A stretch of 35,628 bases of DNA from Armatimonadota bacterium. Lineage in GTDB: Bacteria > Armatimonadota > UBA10988. Of this stretch, positions 1 through 8,212 are shown piece by piece. The position numbers and the translations under genes were made by a program. The DNA lies in the NCBI GenBank assembly GCA_016235455.1, contig JACRKZ010000185.1, positions 1-35,628 on the forward strand, read 5' to 3'. The notes under the pieces were generated by a model that was not told where the DNA came from, did no database searches, and saw only the letters and a program-made list of their open reading frames with translations. Within the stretch, counting starts at the first letter, position 1. Each line of letters opens with the position of its first letter.

Positions 1-590
1 CCGGCCAGCTCGGCACGCTTGCGCTGCAGCACCGTCAGCGCCTCTTGCGCCGCGCGCTGGCTCTTGGCCAGGGCCACCTTCTGCGTGGCCAGCGTGGTGC
101 GCTGCTCGAACATGAACTTGGTCAGGCCGATGAGTTGCTCGGAGTTGAGCACGCCCTTGCTGATCTCGGCCTGCGCGGTCGGCGCCACAAACCCTTCGAG
201 CTTGGTCAAGTACTGCCCCTGCTGCTCAGCCACCTGCATATCGGCGACCACTTTGGCCACTTCGTCCTGGGCGGCCTGGATCTGCTGATCGAGCTGGCGC
301 ACCTCGGCGCGCGGCTCTTCCGTCACGGCCGTAGCACGATAGCGTACGGCGCGGATGACCAGGTTGTCGTCGCCGGTGGCATAGAGGGAGTCGGGCAACA
401 CCTGCTCGGGCAGGTCACCGACAACGACTTCCTGCGCGCCGGCGCGGGCTTCGAGGGGTACGGCGCGGGTGACCAGTGCCTGGCCGCGGTAGACGCGCAC
501 TTCGGTCAGCGTGCCCTTGACCTGGGCGAAGGCACTGCCGCACAGCAGCAGCGCCAGCCCGGCCCAGAGCGAAAGACGAGTCGGTCGCAT
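1..590 (-). CDS. DUF4140/DUF4139 (MuiA-like) exported protein, N-terminal part; runs off the left edge
   Basis: Not in the ORF track because it is open at the edge. Manual translation from ATG at 590 (GGAG upstream): MRPTRLSLWAGLALLLCGSAFAQ (signal peptide), then VKGTLTEVRVYRGQALVTR...VVVGDLPEQVLPDSLYA, resembling the DUF4140 N-terminus, then a coiled-coil-like segment. Confidence 0.8.
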   Translation of the reverse strand, partial: MRPTRLSLWAGLALLLCGSAFAQVKGTLTEVRVYRGQALVTRAVPLEARAGAQEVVVGDLPEQVLPDSLYATGDDNLVIRAVRYRATAVTEEPRAEVRQLDQQIQAAQDEVAKVVADMQVAEQQGQYLTKLEGFVAPTAQAEISKGVLNSEQLIGLTKFMFEQRTTLATQKVALAKSQRAAQEALTVLQRKRAELA

Positions 591-687
591 GGGGATCTCC
601 AATGGCTTGTTGGTCCGCGCGCGGCCAGCACGGCACCGGCGCGTGTGTTCATACCCACATCATGTGGCCATTGTTGACCCAACCGCC

Positions 688-728
688 AAAACGAGCACAG
701 GGCGGAGAGGGCCTATCTCTCCGCCCTG
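688..728 (-). terminator. Intrinsic terminator-like hairpin
   Basis: Perfect 12-bp stem CAGGGCGGAGAG (698-709) / CTCTCCGCCCTG (717-728) with a 7-nt loop, followed on the minus strand by TGCTCGTTTT. Confidence 0.65.
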
Positions 729-1042
729 CCGGTGCCCAACTCGCGTTTGCGCCGCGTTTGCCGGACCGATCCTTACTTCAAAGTCAATCGCTCCGTGCGC
801 CGCCGCGAGACGGTCTCCTCACTCGCGACCCCGCCTGTCCGGGGTCCATGCCTGCCGGTTCGCCGTCCTCACCGCGATTCCTCCTGCTCAAGCAGGTTAG
901 GTTGCGAGTCGGCGAACGCCTCGAGATCAAGGCTGGCCAACTCCGTCACGGTCAAGCGCCGGTAACTGCCTACCAGCATGTATACCCTTTGACCCGCCGA
1001 CTCGACACGCGTTTCGCGTTACCGATTCGTGTCGTTCGCGAC

Positions 1043-1609
1043 TCACAGCAGTCGGTCGGCGGCCGCCTTGAGCGGTGCGTAGGCGTCGCCGTCGCTCAGG
1101 CCGACATGCACGTCCTTGACCACTCCCGCCTTGTCGATGAACACCGTCGTCGGGATGCCGTCCACCCCATAGGCTTTGGCCACATCGTCCGGCGCAACCA
1201 CCTGCGTCATGGTCAGGCCGTTCTCCTTGGCGTACTTGCGCACCGCGTCGGCTTCGTCGCGCGCCATGCCGATGACCACCAGCTTGTCACCCAGCGCCTC
1301 GTGCAGCTTCTGCACCGACGGGGCCAGCGCCCGGCATGGCGGGCACCAGGGCGCCCAGAAGTCCAGCACCACCGGCTTGCCTCTCAGGGCTGCCAGATCG
1401 ACCTCCTTGCCATCCAGCGACTTGAGTTTGAAGCCGGGCGCTGGCTTGCCCACCAACGGCGAGGCCGGCTCCGCGGGCGCTGCCGCCTGCGACTGGGGCG
1501 CCGCCTCGGGCGCCGGAGTCGCGACCTCAGGGCTGGGCGCCTGCTTGCCGCAGCCGCCCAGCATCGCCACCAGACCCATCGCCACCAGCCACGAACCATG
1601 CTTTACCAA
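1043..1609 (-). CDS. TlpA/ResA-family thiol-disulfide oxidoreductase lipoprotein
   Basis: Lipobox-like MLGG-C, Pro/Ala linker, [22 protein letters not shown] (CxxC) and GIPTTVFID cis-Pro loop. TTG start with GGAGA upstream. Confidence 0.9.
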   Translation of the reverse strand: MVKHGSWLVAMGLVAMLGGCGKQAPSPEVATPAPEAAPQSQAAAPAEPASPLVGKPAPGFKLKSLDGKEVDLAALRGKPVVLDFWAPWCPPCRALAPSVQKLHEALGDKLVVIGMARDEADAVRKYAKENGLTMTQVVAPDDVAKAYGVDGIPTTVFIDKAGVVKDVHVGLSDGDAYAPLKAAADRLL

Positions 1610-1640
1610 CGGATTCTCCCTCGTAAGTCATACCTGACCT

Positions 1641-1652
1641 ATCCTATAGGAT
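1641..1652. promoter_or_regulatory. Perfect palindrome ATCCTATAGGAT between divergent tlpA and rbfA (operator or back-to-back -10 boxes)
   Basis: 12-bp self-complementary AT-rich sequence that reads TAGGAT (TANNNT) on both strands. Confidence 0.4.
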
Positions 1653-1709
1653 GGTGCGTCGCAACAGGCCGTCAGGTGGCGCCGCGCCATGTCCGTGGGA
1701 GGAACAGCC

Positions 1710-2231
1710 ATGTCAGGTCGACAAGACCGTGTTGCCGTCGCCATCCGTAAGGAGGTGGCCAGCCTCATCCTGCTCGGAATGCGCGATCCTCGGCTGGCCA
1801 AGGTGACCATCACCAACGCCACCGTCAGTCGCGACCTGACCCAGGCACGCGTCTATGTGAGCGTACTGGGCGACAAGGCAGCGCTCGATGCGGCCGTCGA
1901 GGCGCTGACCAGCGCCGCCGGCTTCGTACGCAGCAAGGTCGGCCCCAAGCTCGGGCTGCGGGCCGTGCCCGAGTTCATGTTCGTCGGTGACGACTCAGCG
2001 GCCAAAGCCCAACGACTGGACAAGATCTTCAAGGAGCACGAGGCCGAGTTTGGCCCCGTCCCGGTCGCGCCCAAGCTCGTCGATGTCGACGACCTCGAGG
2101 ACGACGAGGACGATGAGGACGAAGTCGAAGACGACGACGTCCTCGACTATGGCGACGATGACGAGGAAGACGAGTTCGACCTCAACGACCCCGACCTGGC
2201 CGACGAAGGCTTCGAGGACGAGGACGAGTGA
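1710..2231 (+). CDS. rbfA: 30S ribosome-binding factor A with long acidic C-terminal extension
   Basis: RQDRVAVAIRKEVA...MRDPRLAKVTIT...VSRDLTQARVYVS...AAGFVRS...LRAVPEF matches RbfA. GGAGGA precedes ATG 1710, and the gene lies directly upstream of truB. Confidence 0.95.
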   Translation: MSGRQDRVAVAIRKEVASLILLGMRDPRLAKVTITNATVSRDLTQARVYVSVLGDKAALDAAVEALTSAAGFVRSKVGPKLGLRAVPEFMFVGDDSAAKAQRLDKIFKEHEAEFGPVPVAPKLVDVDDLEDDEDDEDEVEDDDVLDYGDDDEEDEFDLNDPDLADEGFEDEDE

Positions 2232-3130
2232 GCCGCCGCGGCAGCGCTACGGCCGGCGTCGATGGACTGTTGCTGGTGGACAAGCCGGCCGGCATGTCAT
2301 CGCATGACGTTGTGGCGCGAGTACGCCGGCTGTATGGCCAGAAGCGCACCGGCCATGCCGGCACACTCGACCCCAGCGCCGTCGGCGTGTTGCTGCTCTG
2401 CCTGGGCCGCGCCACGCGCCTGCTGGAGTACCTGGTCGGCCACGACAAAGCCTACACCGGCGAAATCGTCCTGGGCGTGGAGACCGACAGCTACGACGCC
2501 GACGGCGAGGTGCTCGAGACGTGCGACGCCGCCGCGTTGACCGCGGACCGGGTGGCCGAGGCCATGACCGCCTTCGTGGGCGACATCCAGCAGGTGCCCC
2601 CGGCCATCTCCGCCAAAAAGATCGACGGCCAGCCCGCGTATCGACTGGCCCGCCGCGGCCTCATTCCCGACCTGCCCGCGGTGCCCGTGCGGGTCGATGC
2701 CTTCGCGTTGCTCGGCTTCCAGCCCGGCACCACCGCCGTGGCCGAGGTCGCCGTGAGCTGCGGCTCCGGCACCTACATCCGCTCGCTGGCGCACGACCTG
2801 GGCGACGCGCTGGGAGTCGGTGCGCACCTGCGCGGGCTGGTGCGCACCCGGGTGCACACGTTTGACCGCGACCAGTGCGTGCCGCTCGACACACTGGCCG
2901 AGTTGGACAGCGAGGCCCGTCTGGCGCTGCTGCGACCGTTGCGCGAGTGCCTGGGCGGCCTGCCCACGGTCGTCTTGCCCGAGCCACTGTGGCCGCTGCT
3001 GCGGGACGGCAAGCTGCTGCCAACCGTGGCGCCGCGCGGCCCGGTGGCGCTACTCAGCGCCGAGGGCGAGGTCCTGGCCATCGCCGATGCCCAGGACGAC
3101 GGGGTCCATCCGCACAAGGTGCTGCTGTAG
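2228..3130 (+). CDS. truB: tRNA pseudouridine(55) synthase
   Basis: GLLLVDKPAGMSSHDVV, GHAGTLDP (catalytic Asp), QVPPAISAKKIDG and CGSGTYIRSLAHDLG. GTG start overlaps the rbfA stop (GTGA). Confidence 0.97.
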   Translation: MSRRGSATAGVDGLLLVDKPAGMSSHDVVARVRRLYGQKRTGHAGTLDPSAVGVLLLCLGRATRLLEYLVGHDKAYTGEIVLGVETDSYDADGEVLETCDAAALTADRVAEAMTAFVGDIQQVPPAISAKKIDGQPAYRLARRGLIPDLPAVPVRVDAFALLGFQPGTTAVAEVAVSCGSGTYIRSLAHDLGDALGVGAHLRGLVRTRVHTFDRDQCVPLDTLAELDSEARLALLRPLRECLGGLPTVVLPEPLWPLLRDGKLLPTVAPRGPVALLSAEGEVLAIADAQDDGVHPHKVLL

Positions 3131-3276
3131 CGCCACGCCACCCCTGTTTCGCGGTGCGATACATGGACTCCCCTCGCGGCTGCCACTGCCGTGATGGATC
3201 ACCATCTCATAATTACGGGCCTCATGAAGTACAATGAAACTGACCGGCTCTACGTTGCCGGCACAAGGAGCCCGTC

Positions 3277-4017
<741 letters not shown>

Positions 4018-4036
4018 GCACGGTTTGCGACGAACT

Positions 4037-4076
4037 GACGGCGGCCGCCTCGCGAGAGACGGCCGCCGTCGTCTTT
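4037..4076. terminator. Probable bidirectional terminator between convergent DUF1559 gene and opcA
   Basis: 11-bp stem GACGGCGGCCG (4037-4047) / CGGCCGCCGTC (4060-4070) with inner CTC-GCGA-GAG, followed by GTCTTT on the plus strand. Confidence 0.7.
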
Positions 4077-4085
4077 GGGCCGGCC

Positions 4086-5147
4086 CTACCCGCCCAGCAA
4101 CCAGGCCGCGTGCGCCGTGGCGCGCTGTCGCGACTCGTTGACCACCGGCCGGCCCAACGCCGCCAGGATGGCCTGCGCGGTGTCCGGCGGCGGCAACAGC
4201 AGCCGGCCGGGCATCTGGCACCAGTCGCGGCAGTGCGCCGTCAGTCGCAGGCTGCCCGGCGCTTCGCGCGGGCGCTCCACGCGCCAGTCGCCGGCCAGCT
4301 CCGACGATGACAGAATGGTGGCCCACAGGCCCTCGTCGCCCGGCAGGCGCGTCAGCAGCACACTGGCCGCCTCGCCGTCCGTTCTGCGCCACCGCGTGTG
4401 GCGCTCGGAGCGGCGCTCGGCGGGCTCCCAGCCGAGCTGACCGGCCAGCCAGCCGGCGAGGAGCGCGCCGGCCGTGTCGGCGCCGCTGCTGACCACCTCG
4501 ACCCGGTCCATCCTCGCCGCGACGCCAGCCTCGCCATCAAAGAACTGTGCCACGGCCTCGCGCCAGGTGTGCTGCTCGAACCAGCCCAGGTCGGCGACGC
4601 GTGGCTGGGTGGTGAGCAGGCCCAGGCAGCAGGCCGGATCGGTCGCGCGCGCCAGGCTGATCAACCCACGGTCGGTGAGCGGCAGCAGCGCTTCGACAGT
4701 AGCCGGCGCCGGCGGCTCCGAGCGGTCCCACCACAGCGTGGCCAGCACGTCCGGCAGGAGCAGCGGCAGCACCAGGCCCGGCAACTGCGCCGCCTGCCGC
4801 TCGCCGCCGCGCAACACGATGGTCTCGCCGCAGACCTGCGAGCCGCCCGGCGCGCGTCGACAGGTGGCGAACACCGCCGCCGACACGTCGTCGCGCGCGC
4901 CCACCAGGAAGACCACGATGCGGCTCGGGTAAGCCGCGGCCACCGCTTGGCAAACGGCCTCCACCGGCGCGGCACGCGCCTCATCGGCCACGACCACGAG
5001 GGTGCCCAGCGCCAGGCGCGTGGTGCCGGTGCCGTCGGCGGCCTCCTCGGTGGCGGGCTTCCACAGCGCGGTCAGCACGCGGTCGATGGCGGTCGGGTCG
5101 ACCTCGATGGGCATCCCGCCCAGGAAGGCTGTGGTGGGCGCGTCCAT
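4086..5147 (-). CDS. opcA: Glucose-6-phosphate dehydrogenase assembly protein OpcA
   Basis: IDRVLTALW, YPSRIVV, VCGETIVL, LVLPLLLPDV..TLWW, DLGW, WREAVAQFFD and LLAGWLAGQLGW. Coupled to the zwf stop (TGATG). Confidence 0.88.
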   Translation of the reverse strand: MDAPTTAFLGGMPIEVDPTAIDRVLTALWKPATEEAADGTGTTRLALGTLVVVADEARAAPVEAVCQAVAAAYPSRIVVFLVGARDDVSAAVFATCRRAPGGSQVCGETIVLRGGERQAAQLPGLVLPLLLPDVLATLWWDRSEPPAPATVEALLPLTDRGLISLARATDPACCLGLLTTQPRVADLGWFEQHTWREAVAQFFDGEAGVAARMDRVEVVSSGADTAGALLAGWLAGQLGWEPAERRSERHTRWRRTDGEAASVLLTRLPGDEGLWATILSSSELAGDWRVERPREAPGSLRLTAHCRDWCQMPGRLLLPPPDTAQAILAALGRPVVNESRQRATAHAAWLLGG

Positions 5148-6676
5148 CACAACCTCCGCCAGGTGGCATCGCCGTCCAGCAGGGCATCAGCGGCCGCCGG
5201 GCCCCACGAGCCCACGGCGTAGCCGGCCATCGTGTCGCGCGGCTGCTCGGCCAGGCCGGCGCGCACAGAGTCGACGAAACGCCAGGCCGAGGCCACCTCG
5301 TCCTCGCGGGTGAACAGCGTGTTGTCGCCCAGCATGGCGTCGAGCAGCAGCCGCTCATAGGCTTCGGGCGAGGTCTGGGCGAACGAACTGCCATACCCGA
5401 AGTCCATCTTGACCGCCTGGAGCGTCAGTCGCGTGCCGGGCACCTTGGCCACGAAATTCAGGCTGATGCCCTCGTCGGGCTGGATGCGCATGACCAGCGT
5501 GTTGCCTGAACGGCCTACAGTGGGCGGGAACAGCGACAGCGGCGGCTGGTGAAAGGCGATGGCGATCTCGGTGGTGCGCTTGGGCAGGCGCTTGCCGTGG
5601 CGCAGATAGAACGGCACACCCGACCAGCGCCAGGTGTCCAGCGTCAGACGCATGGCCACGTAGCTCTCGGTGAGCGAGTCCGGCGCGATGCCGGCCTCTT
5701 CGGTGAAGCCCGGCATCTCCACGCCGGCCAGCGTGCCCCGCGTGTACTGGGCGCGCACGACCCGGCTGGCCACTTGCGCGGGAGTCCAGGCCGGCAACGC
5801 GCGCAGCACCTTGGCCTTCTCGTCGCGGATGGCGCCGGCCTCCCAGGTTACGGGCGGCTCCATGGCCACCAGCGCCAGGAGTTGCATCATGTGGTTCTGC
5901 ACCATGTCGCGCAGCGCACCGGTCTGGTCGTAGAACTCGCCGCGCCGGCCGATGCCCTCGGTCTCGGCCACGGTGATCTGCACATGCTCAATGTGGTTGC
6001 GGTTCCAGAGCGGTTCGAAGATGGCGTTGCCGAAGCGCAGGGTCAGCAGATTCTGCACCGTCTCCTTGCCCAGGTAGTGGTCGATGCGGTAGATCTGGTC
6101 CTCGGTGAGCAGCCCGTGCAGATGGCCCGAGAGTCGAGCCGCCGACGCCAGGTCGGTGCCGAACGGCTTCTCGATGACCACCCGGCGCCAGCCGCCGGCC
6201 TGGTCTGGCCCGATCAACTCGGCTTCGTGCAGCGACGAGGTGATACCTTCGAAGAACTCTGGCGCCACCGCCAGGTAGTACAGCCGGTTGCCCGCGGTGC
6301 CGTGCGAGGCATCGATGCCACGCAGCCTCTGGGCCAAAGCCTGGTAGGCCGCGGGCTGGGTGAACTCGCAGACGCAGTAGCCCAGCCGCTGCGCGAACGC
6401 CTCCCATTCGGCCTCGTCGGCCGGCCTGTCGCGGCCGAACTTGTCGACCGCGGCGCGCATCTCGGCGCGGAACTCGTCGTCGCTCTTGGCGCGCCGGGCC
6501 ACGCCGAGCACGAAGAACTGCTTGGGTGCCAGGCCACCGCGCACCAGTTGCCACAGCGCGGGCACCAACTTGCGCGCGGTCAGATCGCCCGTGGCGCCGA
6601 ACAGCACGAACACGCACGGCGCTGGCGCATCACTGCGCGTCAGGCCGTCGCGGAACGGATTGGGCACATCGTTCAT
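5147..6676 (-). CDS. zwf: Glucose-6-phosphate 1-dehydrogenase
   Basis: FGATGDLTARKLVPAL, VIEKPFG, YRIDHYLGKETVQN, RDMVQNH, RWSGVPFYLRHGKRL and EAYERLLLD. Confidence 0.98.
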   Translation of the reverse strand: MNDVPNPFRDGLTRSDAPAPCVFVLFGATGDLTARKLVPALWQLVRGGLAPKQFFVLGVARRAKSDDEFRAEMRAAVDKFGRDRPADEAEWEAFAQRLGYCVCEFTQPAAYQALAQRLRGIDASHGTAGNRLYYLAVAPEFFEGITSSLHEAELIGPDQAGGWRRVVIEKPFGTDLASAARLSGHLHGLLTEDQIYRIDHYLGKETVQNLLTLRFGNAIFEPLWNRNHIEHVQITVAETEGIGRRGEFYDQTGALRDMVQNHMMQLLALVAMEPPVTWEAGAIRDEKAKVLRALPAWTPAQVASRVVRAQYTRGTLAGVEMPGFTEEAGIAPDSLTESYVAMRLTLDTWRWSGVPFYLRHGKRLPKRTTEIAIAFHQPPLSLFPPTVGRSGNTLVMRIQPDEGISLNFVAKVPGTRLTLQAVKMDFGYGSSFAQTSPEAYERLLLDAMLGDNTLFTREDEVASAWRFVDSVRAGLAEQPRDTMAGYAVGSWGPAAADALLDGDATWRRL

Positions 6677-6691
6677 GGCTGGGCACTACCC

Positions 6692-8122
6692 CTACCGGGT
6701 AGCATGGCTCTCGCCGCGCCGCCGGTCAACCATCGCGCCGAGCACGAACCCGACCACGCTGACCAGCAGCCCCGGATACATCGGCTCCAGCCCGAAGGGC
6801 ATGACCGGGAAGTGGTCCGGGCCGGCATGGGCCATGCCCACCAGCAGCCAGGCCAACGACGTGCCGCCGGCGCCGACCATGAGGAACGGCACCCAGGCGC
6901 GCGGCGGCCGGGGCAGCCGCCAGTAGGTGCTCAGCACGGGCAACAGCAAGCCAGGGATGAAGGTGGTGCCGAAGTTGTACCAGAGGTCCTTGACCGACGG
7001 CCACACGACCACCATGGTCACGGCAATGACCGAGGTGAGCAGCAGGCCGATGATGGTCCAGCGGTCCGACGGCTCGTCGCCGCGCTCGCCGCGCAGCCGC
7101 CAGACCACATCGCGCGAGAAGGTCATGCCCGACATGAACGTGTAGCTGACGGTGGTGGACATGACCGTGGCCAACATGCCCACGTAGAACAGGCCCAGCA
7201 TGACCGGCGGCAGCACCTTCTGGCCCAGCGCGGGGAAAGCCATGACCGGCTTGACCAGGTCGGGCAACGCCGCCCGCGCATAGAGCGCTGTCGTGCAGGT
7301 CATGGCGTCGAACACCATCCAGCAGAGGATGGAGATGAGCACGCCTCGCTGCGCCGTGGCGGGCGTCTTGGCGGCGTAGCAGCGCTGGTGGAAGCTGGGC
7401 TCAACCAGCGTCCACAGGGCGATGAACCACCAGGCCAGCAGGTACTGCCACTTGTTGCCGCCATGCCAGGTCAGATGGCCGGGCGGCAGCGAATGCGCCA
7501 GCCAGCCGAGCCCGCCGAGCCGCGTAACGCAATACGGCAGGACGATGGCGAAGCCGAGGAACATGAGCACGAACTGCGCGACATTGACCCGCACATCGGC
7601 CCGGAACCCGCCGGCGTAGACGTAGATCGTGGACATGATCAGTCCGACGAGCAGCGCCACCGGCATCGACAGGCCGAAGGCCAGTTGCAGCAGCGTGCCC
7701 TGCATCAGCACATACGGTGCCGGGCTGGCCAGCAGCCAGGTGAACACGGCCGCGATGAGCGCGGCCGGCCGACCATAGGCCTCGGCCACCTTGTCGGGGA
7801 TGGTGTACAACGCGGCGGCGCGGATCTTGGGCGCCAGCCACAGCGCAAACACCAGGGCCGACACGTAGTAAGGCACGGCATAGATGGCCACGACGGACAG
7901 ACCCGACAGCCAGCCCATTTCACCCACGGCAAGGATACCGCCGTACCACGTCGAAACCAGTGTGGCGACGAAGGCGCCCAGGCTCAGTTGCCGCCCAGCC
8001 AGGAAGTAGTCCTCGGACTCACGGTCCCGCCGGAAGTAGGCCATGCCGATGGCCACCATGGCCAGCAGGTAGACCACAATCAGGCTGCGGTCTACGGGGC
8101 TCAGGGGCGGGAGATCTGTCAC
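6692..8122 (-). CDS. Sodium:solute symporter (SSS) family transporter, substrate unknown
   Basis: Many hydrophobic helices, with EDYFLAGRQL, YTIPD, YVYAGGFRADVR, QRCYAAKT and LATVMST. GTG at 8122 with GGAGG upstream. Confidence 0.9.
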   Translation of the reverse strand: MTDLPPLSPVDRSLIVVYLLAMVAIGMAYFRRDRESEDYFLAGRQLSLGAFVATLVSTWYGGILAVGEMGWLSGLSVVAIYAVPYYVSALVFALWLAPKIRAAALYTIPDKVAEAYGRPAALIAAVFTWLLASPAPYVLMQGTLLQLAFGLSMPVALLVGLIMSTIYVYAGGFRADVRVNVAQFVLMFLGFAIVLPYCVTRLGGLGWLAHSLPPGHLTWHGGNKWQYLLAWWFIALWTLVEPSFHQRCYAAKTPATAQRGVLISILCWMVFDAMTCTTALYARAALPDLVKPVMAFPALGQKVLPPVMLGLFYVGMLATVMSTTVSYTFMSGMTFSRDVVWRLRGERGDEPSDRWTIIGLLLTSVIAVTMVVVWPSVKDLWYNFGTTFIPGLLLPVLSTYWRLPRPPRAWVPFLMVGAGGTSLAWLLVGMAHAGPDHFPVMPFGLEPMYPGLLVSVVGFVLGAMVDRRRGESHATR

Positions 8123-8141
8123 GGGGCTGCCTCCGCGCACT

Positions 8142-8171
8142 AAACTACTTCTAGGGTCTGCACTCTGTCAA
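8142..8171 (-). promoter_or_regulatory. sigma70-type promoter for SSS-zwf-opcA
   Basis: Minus strand TTGACA-N18-TAGTTT. Confidence 0.55.
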
Positions 8172-8212
8172 CGAACCGGCCGGGCACGCAGGACTGACGG
8201 AAAGGGCTGTCC

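Noticed and set aside
602-1750. 382-aa plus-strand ORF spanning the first spacer
   Set aside because: Mostly antisense to tlpA, with no SD, no motif and atypical composition.
2082-2228. GACGA(C/G)-rich repetitive DNA considered as a tandem repeat or CRISPR-like array
   Set aside because: It simply encodes the Asp/Glu tail of RbfA; there is no fixed repeat-spacer periodicity.
5549-8143. 864-aa plus-strand ORF, and similar long ORFs such as 23112-24695, 24475-26826 and 22171-23424
   Set aside because: These are antisense shadows of well-supported genes (zwf, SSS, sulfatase, tricorn, epimerase). They have no recognisable motifs and are expected in high-GC DNA.
8123-8212. Possible vitamin riboswitch (e.g. 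TPP) ahead of the SSS transporter
   Set aside because: The spacer is only 90 bp and is taken up by a promoter and two ribosome-binding sites; no aptamer motif is visible.
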